The notes under the pieces are model-generated. The model made no database searches. It was given only the letters and a program-made list of their open reading frames with translations, and was not told the DNA's origin. A stretch of 64,000 nt of DNA, taken from assembly GCF_006345805.1 (NCBI RefSeq), contig NC_042998.1, forward strand, positions 135,718,001 through 135,782,000, given 5' to 3'. The stretch's first letter is position 1, and the number at the start of each line of letters is the position of its first letter. Positions 37,465 through 51,715 of this stretch are shown in pieces. Made by a program: the position numbers and the translations under genes. The stretch comes from Octopus sinensis (taxonomy: Eukaryota).

Positions 37465-38476
37465 CGTATTTACCTATTCATATTTAAATGAGAATATCAG
37501 AGCAAATCTCTTTAGTACATTCGTGAAAACATGTGATTATACTTTGTAAACAGTTCATCTACAGTTCTGTACAATGATGGAAGTGTAATTTTAATTCCGC
37601 GGATTTTGGGAGATTTTTTTCCGAAATTTGTTCCTATTGTGTTTTCAAAATTTGTAATTCTGACAAAAAATGGATACGAATTTCATTATATCAAGCAGCG
37701 AGTCAGAATTCGAAGGATTTTCTACTGAAGACCTTCATAAATCTAACTCTATGACTGAAAAAAAAAAGCACGAGGTATTTGATAATGAATCCGATGTTTC
37801 ATTTTCCGAAAGTGAAAACAGTGAATCCGAGAGCTCTGACAGCGATAAAGAAAATGAATTGGCACCTGAATGGAGTGAAAATTTAAAAACTGTTTCTTTC
37901 GGTGATTTTTCTGAAGAAACTGGACCAAGCCACAGTCTTTCCCAGGAGAGTAAAGCCTTAGACTTTTTCTATTTACTTTTTCGAATGAGCCTATTTGAAA
38001 TCATTACGGTGGAAACGAACCGTTACGCTAAATGTAAACAAAGCGAAAGAAAGGATAGTTTGTGGTTTCACACAACCTTAAGAAATTAAGGCCTATTTTG
38101 CCATAAATATTATTATGGGTATCAGAAAGTTACCCAGAATAACAAATTCTATAGTAAAATTTTGTTGTATACCCAATTGAATATTAGCTAATAACCCATT
38201 TTCTATAGCGATGTTTGAACAAAAATTTTAATAATTTTATATTTTGTTGAATTTACCTGTATCTACCTGCAATTAGAGTCACTTTGTGACAAAAATTATA
38301 GTATAGGATTGGTTGAGAACATTTCATTAAATTATCTTCCAAAAATCACATTAATATATTGATAAATAAAAAAGTTATAGTTGTTTAATGAAACCAGACT
38401 AAATTTATGATTATGTTAGAAATTAATTGAAACATATAAGGGGTGTATTTTGGTCAGAAATATAGTAACGAAAGGG
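37465..38476 (+). mobile_element. Internally deleted piggyBac copy with intact right end
   Basis: 37470-38145 is near-identical by eye to 11830-12510 (ORF 37670..38089). It then switches to a non-coding end finishing GTAACGAAAGGG + TTAA (38477-80). Confidence 0.88.
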
Positions 38477-38720
38477 TTAAATTGTGAATTCTGTCTTGTT
38501 TTTCCTTACACTGGAACGACACTGCTGGGTCTATTTGGACACAGATGACTTGGTACAGCTGACTGGACATGGAAAATGTTTTGGCAACAATATATTTTGG
38601 TGCTGGAGGCAAACTTGCACACATATGCAGAAATATACAAAGAGTGAGAGAGAGACATCATCATCATCGTTTAGAGACATTATATATATATATAGAGAGA
38701 GAGAGAGACATTATATATAT

Positions 38721-38766
<46 letters not shown>

Positions 38767-40479
38767 TAGAGAGAGGGAAGGAGGGAGAGAGAGAAATTGG
38801 AGATAGTGAAAGACAATTTATTTATTGAACACAATTGACATAAACACCTTCCTTTCTGCTCATACACATAAAGAGAAATATGCTGACACACATAGACACA
38901 GAGAGAGATGAAATGTTTTGGCATTAGAGGCAAATTCTCACACATGCATGAGCAGAAATATACACATACATAGAGGGAGAGGAGCAGGTGGTGATGGCAT
39001 TGGCATTGTCATCAACCATCAGTAGCAGCACCACCAGCACCAACATTGTCTTTACTTCCTCTTTTCCATGCTTTTAAGGGTTAGATGGAATTTGGTTGAA
39101 GCAGTTTTTTCTTTTTTTGCTATGACCTGTGCCCTTCCTGTTGTGTCAATCCTCACCTGTTTTACAAGCAAGGTAATATTTCCCCCTATAGCCAGACAGG
39201 TTTTCACTGAAGATTGGAAACAAAGGACACTGCTTGCATTATGGTGACACTTGCTTACAACCATTACATGATGTCAAGACAAGGAAACACAAATATATAT
39301 GCTCATGCACATACACAGATGCAATGGGTCTTTTCAGTTTCTGTCTACCAAATCCACTCACAAGGCTTTGTTCAGCTCAGAACTTAGTAGAGGACACTTG
39401 ATCAAGGTGCCATGCATCCTAAAGCAAACTTCTTAACTACCTGATTGATTGTAGCAAGGAAGAAATAGAGAGAATGTGTTTGAGGTTTTGGACAAAGATC
39501 TTTCAATAGGATAGAAAAAGGGGAAAAAAGTTTTGGAAGCACTAGCTGGTATGACTGTGTGGTTAAGCAGCTTGCATGGCAATCAAGTGATTTTTGGTTC
39601 AATACCAGGCCAACCAAGTGAGTGAATTTGGTAGATGGAAGCCTGATGTGTGTGTGTGTGTCCGTCCTGATGTATGCATGTATGTGTGTGGAGGAGAGAG
39701 AGAGAGAGAGAATGTGTGCATGTTTTTATGTTTGTGTTTGTCACCCAACCACTACTTGACAACTAGCGTTGGTCTGTTTACATCCTTGTAACTTAGTTTG
39801 GCAAAAGTGGTTGATTATGTATCAGACTTTAAAAAAAATACTAAGTACAGGGGCTGATTTGTTCATCTAAAATCTTTCAAGATGATGCCCCAGTATGGCC
39901 ACAGTCCACTGACTGAAACAAGTAAAACAGAATATTATTTACTTGGACACAGGACCATTTCACAAATTACAAAATGAAATTTAACCACTGTAGCTTAGTA
40001 TAAATTGATATTTCATGCTTCAAAAGTATTGCTAGGAGGGACATATATATATATGTCATATAGACTTGTTTATCCCACATGAGTGTGATAAATTAAGTCA
40101 GACATTAAATGTCTGTTTTTCTCCTTGACTTTTCATTCATCATAAAATTCTTTGATAGACAGTTATCATTATTGACTCCAGAGGTTTATATTATCATCAC
40201 CACCACAGAAACCACCACTACTACTACCAGTGCCATCACCACTGTCATCACCACTAGCGTTGCTGTGACCACACAACCACCACCAGTGCTGCTGTAACTG
40301 CCACTATGATGGCTGCCACCAATACCATCATCATCATGATCATCACCACCACTACACAGTCATCATCATCATCATCACCACCATCACCATCACTACCACC
40401 ACTGCAACTGTCACCACCACCACCACTGCAATCATCACCTTTACCACCATCCCACTATCTCCACCATTAAGTCCATTTA

Positions 40480-40770
40480 CCCATGCTTGCATGTATAGGA
40501 CAGGACTTTTCTATCATGGTGTCTTGCTTTTTATTTTTGTGCTTTGTTGCCTCATCTATGAGGCTCATCAGCCTCCAAAGATCCTCTTTCTCCACATGTC
40601 ACTTCTTTCCCGTCTTATCACAATGTCATTCTCCACAAGCATCATATATGTGCACCAGATCAATCTTCTCTCTTGCACACTACATCAAATTCTTCTTGCA
40701 CCCGGGTTTTCTTTCAGAAATCATTTGCATTCAGTTATTCCTGCTTACTAACATTATATACAATTAGTAG
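40480..40770 (-). mobile_element. Short decayed RTE 3' fragment
   Basis: Minus strand reads CSVQERRL..., homologous to 52860-53000. Confidence 0.6.
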
Positions 40771-42137
40771 AGCAGGCTGGTCTCATTTCTCCCCAGGATT
40801 AGCACATAGATGCAGGCACAGCTGTGTGGTTAAGAAACCTGCTTTGCAGCCATGTGGTTTCAATTTCACTCTCCACGGCTTCTGTCAACCAAATTCATTC
40901 ATAAGGCATTGGTTGGTCTGGAGCTATAGTAGAAGACATTTGTCCAAGGTGCTACAAAGTGAAACTGAACCTAAGCCGCATGGTTGCAAAGCCAGCTTCT
41001 TAATCACCATGTGTGGCCTGTACCTGAGGTAAATAAAATGAAAATACTTCAACTAGGAGCCAAAACTGAATGGTATAGTAGGAAACTTAGTGTCCTCTGT
41101 GGTAGTTTGGTCTTTATCAAAGACATTCATCAGTAAAACGCAAAACCTAATCATGATAATTAAGGAGAGAAGGTGGTGGGAGAGAGAAAGGTGGTGGGAG
41201 ATAGAAGAGAAGACAAGTAAGTGTGAGGAGGAAAAAAAGAAGGAAAAGAGGAAGATAGAAGTGAGAAGAAAGAAGAAAGGAAAAGAGAAAGATAGAGAAG
41301 TGAGAAAAGAGTAAGAGAGAAACAGGTAAGGGGAGAGGAAAATAGAAATTTGGTCTAATGTGAAATCAAGAGTTCATTAATATTGTGTTATAAATTATTT
41401 GATAATTTTCATCAACAATGGAAGTTATTGATAAACAATGGTATTATATAAATATTGCTCTGATCAGAATGATGGAACTGACAAAAATTAGTTTTTATTT
41501 TTATAATCTTTTAGTTGGTAAGGGAAGCAATACCCATGACCCATTTACAGAGCCTTCCAGACTGCAGAGACAGAGAAAATTACCCTCAAACCAGATGCCT
41601 GGCACAAATGTTTGCACAAGTGATGTCTGCTAAAGGTGTACAAGGTGCCAAGTGGTGGTTGGAAACTGAGTGACAGATGAAATCTATTGCCCTATAGTAG
41701 GATTTGATCTCAGAACACAAAGGACTGGAACAAATACAAGGTACCCGATCTGATTTTCTAATTGTTCTACCAATCCACTGCCATGGTTTGGTACGTTTCT
41801 TATTGCCCCACCAAAATTCTAATTTTGGCACAAGGCCAGAAGTTTTGAGGGGAGGGAACAAGTTGATTGCATCAACCCCAGTGGTCAACTGTTGCTTGTT
41901 TTATTAACCTTGAAAAGATGAAAGGCAAAGTTGACTTTGGCAGCATTTGAACTCAGAATCAATAGAGTTGAACAGGAGTTCACGGTAACATCACTTCAAC
42001 CAGACATGCTCCTGCTCTCCAGGAGTACAAAAACAATTATCATGGTTAAACTCATAATACAGACTCAATGTTTCTGATCAGTTAAAGAAAATCAAATATC
42101 AAAATATATCAGGACTTAGTCTATGCGGTTCATGTCA

Positions 42138-42307
42138 AGGGATGGCATATGGTCTTTTTTCCTATTGAAGTCAACCATGGCTTTCCAGCTGGATCAGTGC
42201 ACCATTTTCTACAGAAGATAGGTTTGGAACCCAGACAACTGAAGAAAGTCTTCAAGGAAATAGACACTGCAGCTGAAACAGGCTCAAAATGGCTATGGCT
42301 GGTATGA
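42138..42307 (+). mobile_element. HERO/NeSL-like RLE LINE C-terminal fragment
   Basis: KGWHMVFFPIEVNHGFPAGSVHHFLQKIG...AAETGSKWLWL* resembles the GW..FPVEVGCRGF...AE..S.WLW end of these elements. Confidence 0.65.
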
Positions 42308-43450
42308 AAACTGTAAGTGGAATTCTTCCATAGGTGAAGACTAGTTCTGTCCTTGCAGCCCCACTCAGGTGGAGCATGCAGTACAGCCTAAGGGGCAAAC
42401 ACTTGTGACCCTGAGATTCCTGCTGATGATATGGAAAGGTTTCTAGCTTTGTGATAGATTTAGAAGTGCTTGCAAAACCTCTGAGTAGCTCCTGCAGTTT
42501 CTGCATGGGGCTAAGTATCACCTGAAGCATTCAATCTAACATTCTAATGACTCTGTGAATTCCTCACAATCTATGTTATATTTCCAGCAGAGAGAATGAA
42601 CCAATTCCATTGAGACCCTTTACTAAAACACACACTAATAATTTTAGTCTCTGGTTTGAAGATAGCTTCCCGCTTTCCCTCTCACCAATCGCATATGTCT
42701 CTGTAAAGCATTATAGTTCTCAAACACTGCTTTTGCTCCTGACTAAAAAATTAAACAAATAAAATAATAAGAACAACACCAGAAACAATAACAAAATATC
42801 AAAGTAGAGAAAAATTTACACAATATTGAAAATAAAAAAAATAAACATATTTTATAGAACATTAGTTTTATACTTATATTAACTTTGACAATACAAAACA
42901 TCTAAATTCACAATCTAGGTTGTATTTTTTTCCCCAGAAGACAGGAAAGCATTTAAAGAAAGTAATTCAAATATAGTACATGAAAGAAAGAGTAATAGAG
43001 CAAGAATACCAAGAAATATTGCAGAAACAGTGAAAATAAAAAACAAAAAAAGTAATGAAGCCAATAAAATTTTATATTCAGTGAATATAAAAATTTGGTA
43101 GCTGAATGAAATGTTACATTAATATTGAATAAGCAAAAGTGCCAAACTTTAAAAATATCCTCTAATGGGATCAACTGAAGTCTGGTGCTACTTGAAGGAG
43201 AAACAAATCTCCACGTAAGTGAAGTCTTTAATGTTGCTTTGATAAGAGCGAAATAGCTTTTAAAGAACACATTTTATTGCTGTCTTTTATTATTAATGGT
43301 CTTTGACATGACAGAAACTAAACTTCACTCAATTCTTGCTCAGCGTTTAATCAGTAGTCTGTGTTTAGAAGTCAAAAATTATAAAATAGAAAAAAAATTT
43401 CCAAGTTTTTTATGATGTCTTCATTATTATTACTATATTACTACTACTAC

Positions 43451-43484
<34 letters not shown>

Positions 43485-45399
43485 ATTCACTTCTGACAAG
43501 GTAGACAATGTTTACAAGTCATTCTTCAAAACAAAGGATTCTCCTAGATGAAATAGAGTTTTATTTTTCATCAAAAAATTCTTGTGTACAGATAGCTTCC
43601 TAAGGTTTGGGGTCTTCCTTCAAAGGGCTTGACAAATGAAAAAGTAAGGTTTATGGTTATAGTTTTAGCCAAAATTTACTTTGCCTTCATGTTATCCATA
43701 GAGACAAAAATGGTTACAAATATTTTACACTATGAAACCACCCCGCAACCAAAAATTGAAAACATGCGAAATAAACATTTCATAATCAGAAGAACAAACA
43801 AAAAGAAAACACTCATGTTTTAGCATCACGTTTAAATATGACTGGAAATATTGTCAACAGTAACTCCACAACAATCTATTTCAAATGAAATATGAATCTG
43901 CAATCCACAAGAGGAGGAAGGTAACTTATTTGTGCTTTGCTAAGGCCACAGAGGCTTTCTTCATTCCATCTAAGGAAGACCTAGAATTAGCCCAGGGAGA
44001 TATTTTAAGTGAAAAATTCTTTATTAGGGGAAGGAGGACATGTAGTATTATGTGTTATCTTTAAAATCGAACACAATGAAAGTACAAGCTCAAATTGTAG
44101 ATGGCATCCTGCCTACAAGCTGGTCCCAGAGTACTGAGAAACACAAGGGTCATCACAGAGGACATTAGTGATGATGGCAGTTACCTTTGTAGTACAACAT
44201 GGGCATATGGTCAGTGAATACATAACTTTTGGTGATATAGTGATAAGTTGCCAGGTGACATCATGGATTTCATGACATAACTAGACCATAAAACAGTACC
44301 AGGACTGTGTCTTGTAGAGGGAGTGGTAAAGAAGATAACATTCTGCATCCAAGTTTTACAGTCTAGTTGCTACATGCAGTAATAAAAGATATTTAAGGGA
44401 TTTCTGCACAGAAACTTAAAAGTATAAAAGCAACAAGAACAAGTCATGGAGGTTACATGTCCTAAAGTGAAATCAGACACAACTTGTAAGTTAGTAAATA
44501 ACATTGACCTATCCTTATTGCCAGGAGAGAACCATGAGACCTAATAATCGCCTTGCCTAAACACAACTGGTGAAGACAAAGAGAGTCCCCAACACCAGTA
44601 TCAACAACAAGTAACAGGAAGCATCATCCACTTATGAGGATGAGGATTAGTCAGAGATTGAAGAGGATAAGCTGACTTCTTTGGTAAAACAACAAATGAT
44701 CCTTTCCTCTTGCCCCCCCCCCCAAAAAAAAAATAAAGCAGTATAAAGAGCAGGAGGAATAAATCTTTTGTGAAGAGGAGAAATTCTTTGCTGAAGAACT
44801 CATATTCTACAAAGAGGAAGCAGCCTCCCTCCTTGAATGAAAGAAAATTCACAGCCCTTCATGAAACGCAGATCTTATAGGTCACTTATAGGAAATACAC
44901 TAGAGATTTCTGAGTGAAATCTGGACTGAGAAGAAAATGAGCTCATTTTTACATCACATAAAAAGAACATTGCAACAAATCTCAGACAGACTATATGTGG
45001 TATTATTTGTCAGCTATTCAGTGTAATCCAAGAGTTTGACAAGATCTGATGGGCCCAAGGACTGCATTGTGTTTCACTGCCTGCTATGGTATGGTTTCTA
45101 TAGCTGGACACCCTTCATAATACACATCACACTACACTACAGTATACCTTTACATGTATATATTTGTTTTTAATATCTAATTTCCCATGCTTGCATGAAT
45201 CAGATAAAATTTGGTGAGGTAGATGCTTTATGGCCAACTGTCACCTGTTTTCGAGCAAAATAATATTTCCTCTAGTTCTTCAAATAGGAACAGCTCAATG
45301 GTCACACATGTTTTCATGGAAAATTTCAGACAAATGTCACAGTTTTCATATGAATGATGACTTTGCTTACAATCAGTATGCATAGCCACTACACACATT

Positions 45400-45551
45400 T
45401 TTTTCTCTCCATGTTTTTTCTGTGTACCTTTCTGTAGAAGAGCGTAGGCTCGAAACGTAAAAGACTTTTTCTATTCCTGAGCGCTATACTAATACATCTG
45501 TTTGCTTTGTACACCACCTGTCTTCGTCTTTTGTTTATTTTCGTAAACTTT

Positions 45552-45555
<4 letters not shown>
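45400..45555 (+). mobile_element. Probable Penelope-like terminal fragment carrying a hammerhead-like motif, followed by (TA)n
   Basis: The hammerhead-like fold at 45428-45463 is seen directly. The Penelope assignment is inferred from the known association of minimal hammerheads with Penelope-like repeats. Confidence 0.5.
45428..45463 (+). ncRNA. Minimal type I hammerhead-ribozyme-like motif with variant core
   Basis: CTTT-[CTGTAGAA]-GAGC-gtag-GCTC-[GAA]-ACGT-A-AAAG. Stems I and II pair perfectly and stem III is a palindrome. Core position A6 is U. Confidence 0.55.
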
Positions 45556-45601
<46 letters not shown>

Positions 45602-46695
45602 CAAGTCCAGAAAACAAAGAAATATACACATGCAAGTACACACACACACACAAATGACAAGATTCAAACAGCTTCCATCTACCTGATTCACTCATAAAGC
45701 ATTTATTAGTCTCAGGCTAAAATAGTAGTAGTAGTAGCAGCAGTATATATCTAAGTGTGTAGGTGGAGGGTGTATATGTGTGAGTGTATATATATCTGTG
45801 TATGTTTGTGTGTGTGTATTTGTTTTAATAAGTGGATTTTGCAATCATGTTGTGGAATTGATCATGTAGCCATGGCTTGTATCACTTTGGGTCTAGGCAA
45901 ATGTCTTGTACCATAGATTCAGGTTGACCATTGTATTGTGAATGGAATTTGACAGACGGAAATTGTGTGTGTGTGTGTGTGCATGTGTATGAGTGAGTAC
46001 ACACACACAAAGCCATACCATATCAACAGTCTTACAAAAATAGATCAATAACATAATTATATCAACACTGAATCATAATCAGCCATGTCTATTTGATTGT
46101 TCCTTATTGTTTTGATAACACTATATCTGACCATCTTGTTAGCATAAGAGACATCTTGTTGTCCCATAGATCAGAGCTTAAAACAATAGTGACTCACTTC
46201 TTAAGTCTGGAAAATACTTGTCCAATGTTGAAGAATTACTAAGCTCAAGACTCTATCCCCATCTTCAGTTTCTTCATTTGGAGTTCATCTTTCATGTCCA
46301 CTTATGTAGACTCATGAATACTTTCAGGGATATCCTCATGACTTATCATTTACCTCATCCTTATATTTTGTTTCAGTCATTTTGACTGTGGCCATGCTGG
46401 AGCACAGCCTCGAAGGGTTTTAGAATAAATTGACCTCAGTTTTTTTGTACTGGTCTCTTTTGCAAAAACTGCTAAGTTACAATGACATAAAGATACCAAC
46501 ACCAGTCGCCAGGCAAACACAAATACACACACAATGGTCTTCTTGCCCACCAAATTCACTTACAAGGCTTTGTTCAGCTTGGGGCTACAATAGAAGTGCC
46601 AAGCAGTGGGACTGAAGCCAGGACCAAGTGGCTGGGAAGCAAGGTTCTTACCACACAGCCACATCTGTGCTTATAAATACACACACACACACATG

Positions 46696-46745
<50 letters not shown>

Positions 46746-47077
46746 TGTGCACGTGTGCATACACACAGACACATACACAATTATTTTCTACAGTTTGTGA
46801 ACAAGATTCACCCACAAGTTATTGATCAGCCTAGGGTTATAGTAAAAGACTCTTGCCCAAGGTCCAACAGAGTAGGACTGAACCCAAAACCATGTAGCTG
46901 AAAAGCAAGTTTCTTAATCATACAGCCAAGTCCGGGCATTTTCTTCTCTGTCTCAGATTTGTGCTTGTGATGTGTCTGAAACAGTTTAATGTTATTTTAA
47001 GCATACATTAGTATGTCAATGAGGAGCCTCCATGTCATGACTTAAACTATTAGAAATAGCAACCAAATACCTCTTAA

Positions 47078-47209
47078 CCCTATAGCATTCAGATGACCAT
47101 CAAATGTAATGCTTTATAATAACAATGTTATTTAACTAAATTCTCTAGAATTTTAAAATTAAATGAAACAAAGGCAGTGCATTTCAACAGAAATATTGTA
47201 ATGAAAGGG
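47078..47209. mobile_element. TTAA-flanked piggyBac-type mini element (132 bp)
   Basis: TTAA 47074-77, CCCTATAGCATTC ... GTAATGAAAGGG, TTAA 47210-13. Confidence 0.7.
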
Positions 47210-49986
47210 TTAATAAAGCTGGACATGTAGTTTTCCACTGTCTCATGTGGATATGGAAAAAGAGGTTGTGAGTGAATGGAGTTGAAAGGATCAAGGACAG
47301 GCATTTTCCTCTTCAATGAAACCGTCATTGACTTTCTCAAGTAACACTTGAAGAGGAAAGTGAAGGTGGGTGGCTGTGGTAAAAATGGCTAGAATAAAGT
47401 TAGTTATCATGTCAAGTCATGCCGACTCACAAGGGCCAGTTTACAGGTTTCCATAGCGTATAAATTCCCTACCTGGACAAGACACCAGTCTATTGCAGGA
47501 TTACCCATTTTAGTTAACTAAGTGGACTGGAGCAATGTGAAATGAAGTGTCTTGCTCAAGAACACAATGCATCGCCTGGTCCAGGAATCGAAACAACAAT
47601 TTTATGATCATGAGTCCAACTCCCTAACCATTTAGCCATGTGCCCCACAAATGGCTAGAGTGAATGGAACTATTCAGAAGATTGAAAAAACAATGATTCA
47701 ATGAAGGTTCTTCCACTTGATGGTCAAGGTACTCTTGGATCTGCAGGGATCCTTGACTGTCTCTAACTGGAAGTCCTCCTGAGAACCATGTATTCATATA
47801 CTTGTATACTATGTATACTTTGTATTGCACTTTTCTCTTTTTTCTTCTTCTTCTCACCTGAGTTTAAGTCAGGGGCCCTGTCCATGCAAACTGTAACCTA
47901 TCTCAGTAATGTCGTCTTCACTGACACCCTTGTGTCTAATAAAAGAAATCACTCTTATTGTACTGTTGCTGTCATTGTTGTTGCTGGTGGTGGTAATAAT
48001 AGTAACAGTAGTAGTTATTAGTAGTAGTAAGAGTGGTAGTGGTGGTGGTGGTAGTAGTAGTAGTGGTGGTGGTGGTGGCGGTGCCGCCGCCGTCAGCACA
48101 CATGAATACAATAACAAAGTTGATTAGAAAAATAGATCTGAATAGCTGACACAAATATATTTACATAGCAACATTACATGCACAATATAATACAAGAAAA
48201 AAAAAATCAGGTATGGAAAAAACAAATAACTCAAATGAAAACAAATGATAGGATTTGAAACACAACACTGTATGGATGTACTAAATGACACACATACACA
48301 TGTATATATATATATATATATATAGATACAAACACACACATACCATAAACAAAATCACTTATGCTACCATTATCATTTTCAGCCTTTACAAGTCAAGAAG
48401 AAAAACCAGCATTTACACTTCATGAAGAAAACATCTATGAAGTCATATGAACTGCTAAAAATGATAGTCAAATTTCTCTGAAGTCACACACGACCTTTTA
48501 GAAAGTGAGGAAAATTTATCTACTGGATAGAACAGCCTTTGGACATACTATGAATGGAAAAAATAAATAAAATGATGGCTGGAATGCCTTTGATGTTATT
48601 TCTGTTTGATCTGAACTGTTTAGCAACAACAATCATTTTAACAACAACAACTGCAACAACAACAATGATAGCAACAACAACATAACTATCAGCATCTGCT
48701 ATACCACCACCACTATCCACAACAATGACTAGCATTGAAGGTTGCATGTGTTGTTTAAGATCAGAAAGGGTGAAACACAAGATATGCATTTCCATGCATG
48801 TGTTGTGACTAGCTTAGTGTTCATCAACATCATCATCATCCTCATCGTTTTAACGTCCAATTTTTCATGCTAGCATAGGTCAGACAGGACTCATTGAGGT
48901 GAATTTTTTATGGCCAGATGATCTTCCAATTGTCAACCTTCACCTATTTCTGAGCAAGCTACAATTTTCTGCATGGCCACACATGTCATCACAAAATATT
49001 GGAAATGAATGACACTGCTTGGATGACAGTGACACTTGTTTACAACTATCAAGTGATGCTAAGATAAGGAGAGACTAACATACACACACACACACATGGT
49101 GGGCTTCTTTCAGTTTCTATTTACCAAATTTGCATGGTTTGGGGCTTTGGTAGAAGACACTTGTCCAAGGTTGGAACTGAACTCAAAACCATGTAGTGTT
49201 ATTGAAAGAAAGAAGCTTGTCATGTCCCATCAGAGAATACATTTGCTCACATGGAAGAAGAGTAAGTTTGACATGAAGTATCTATGTTACACGTTTATCC
49301 TGGCTACATGCAGAAGTAAAGAGAGGAATCAGTTGTTGAAGGTGACAGCATGGAGGCCATTTATGTACAGAAGGAAGAGGATGGGTGCCATCAGCAAAAG
49401 TTAAAGTATACCAGAGGCGAAGCATGTGGAGCAGAACAAGACCTAACAGCACAAACAGCAAGGATGCAATCAGACAAAAACTTCCCAACTTTTATGACAA
49501 GAGATGAGTAGTAGAGCCCTTAAATTAGTCAAATTACAAAAAAAAAAAAAAAAAAAAAAGATTACACATTACTGTCTGAAAAAGGAAAGACACACTGATT
49601 AATGTAGCCTTAGGTATACTATGTCTGAATAAAAGATGGAATGGTCACAGTTAAGGAGCTTTTGATCTTAAAGTCTGCTTGATAAAAGCTGACATGGGTT
49701 AAACAAATATGCATGAAGATATAATGATTATATGAAGGAGAACTCCAAATGTGACTGAGTACTCAGTTGAACTCAACCAAACTCCTTAAAAATACTCAGA
49801 GATTTTAAATTCTACAAAGAATCTGCTGAATTCACTTTGTCTAATTTCATTATAATACTCACCCTAAATCCATGGATCATAATCAGATTATCACACAGCA
49901 CACAATGTAATATATATGTATCATCACACATGCTCTCTACGTGATACATACATATATATACACACATATATATATACATATAGATA

Positions 49987-50036
<50 letters not shown>

Positions 50037-51532
50037 TTTATCCTGACAGTCTCACAAATTCTAAACACATGTTCTGTCACATTGCACTCCATAACAATAT
50101 TCTCTAATAGCAACAAAAGATGCAGGATTTATCATACAATATTCTACAGAATGAACTCAGACAACTCAGTAGCAGCAACTGCTACTGTTGCTACTATTAC
50201 TGCACCTATCCTACAATGTCATTCTAAACATAGACAATCATGAAGCTATGGGATAATGCAGGATTAATTCAAATCAATGTGGATAAACAAGCATTACAGG
50301 TGATTGATTAATCTGAATTCTGAAGGGTTAAAGCAACTTCACACACAGGACTTGAGACGATATTTTGAGACATGACACAATTTGGAAGCAAGGTGTCTTA
50401 TATGTCATCAAACAACCACAACCACCGTAACAACAATAACAACAATCATTCATCATCATCATCATTTAACATCTATTTTCCATGCCAGCATGCGTTGGAC
50501 GGTTTGACTGAGGGCTGGCAAGCCAGAAGGCTGCACCAGGCTCCAATCTGATCTGGAAAAGTTTCTACAGCTGGATGCTTTTCCTAATGCCAACCACTCC
50601 AAGAGTGTAGTGGGTGCTTTTTATGTGCCACCGGTACAAGGGCCAGTCAGGCAGTACTGGCATCAACCACACTTGAATGGAGCTTTTTACATGCCACTGG
50701 CATGGAAGCCAGAAAGGTGGCACTGGCAATGACCATGCTTGAATGGTGCTTTTTACATGCCACTGGCATGAGACCAGCCAGCCAGCATTGGCATTGACTA
50801 TGCTCAAATGGTGCTGTTTATGTGCCACCAGCATGGGTGCCAATCAAGTGGTACTGGCATCAGTCACGACAATGACTTCACTTAACTCAACAGGTCTTAA
50901 CTCAACCTATGACTACAGGGTACTCTTAAATGAGCCAGTTATGCTGCACTGGCATAGGCCATGGTTACGGTCTCACTTGGCTTGCCAAGTCTTCTCAAGC
51001 ACAGCATATCTCCACAGGTCTCGGTCATTGAACGTTCATATTTCATTCTGGCATCGACTAGACAGTTTGACAGGATCTGATGAGCTCAAGGATTGCATGG
51101 TGCACCAGTGTCTGTTTTGACATGGTTTCTACAACTGGATGCCCTTCCTAACACCAAAGTACTATATGGTACTATATTTTACCGACCATGGAAAAATGAA
51201 AGGCAAAGTTGACCTTGGTAGGATATGAACTCAGAATATAAAGAGCTAAAACAAAAAGTCATGAAGTATTTTTTTCCCCAAAGATCTGCTAATTCTACCA
51301 TCTTGAATAATAACACATTTGTAGCCGTATCTTCTTCATTAATAACAGGAAAGTGTGGTCTGACAGTGCATTGTTGTAGAACTTTTATTACAAGGGAATA
51401 CAATGACTTAACATTTGCAGAACAGAAACTGACCTTCAATTTATAAAACTGGCACTTGTGGAACCATCTTGGGTTGAGTGAAGAAGAAAGGAAAAATCAG
51501 TTAAATTTGGCAAGATATTTACTTGGCAGCAG

Positions 51533-51559
51533 ATAATAATAATAGTAGTAGTAGTAGTA

Positions 51560-51627
<68 letters not shown>

Positions 51628-51631
51628 AGTG

Positions 51632-51672
<41 letters not shown>

Positions 51673-51676
51673 AGTG

Positions 51677-51713
<37 letters not shown>
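51533..51713. repeat. Long (AAT)n tract with GAT/AGT variants
   Basis: Directly visible. It includes a repeated gataatgataatagtgat block. Confidence 0.95.

Positions 51714-51715
<2 letters not shown>

Noticed and set aside
43165-43219. Possible plus-strand exon ending CCAC|gtaagt
   Set aside because: An isolated donor-like hexamer with no partner exon or recognisable peptide.
50613-50875. CRISPR-like repeat-spacer appearance (also 34788-34976)
   Set aside because: The apparent spacers are homologous to each other, the repeats are degenerate, there are no cas genes, and the arrays lie inside a eukaryotic retroposon.
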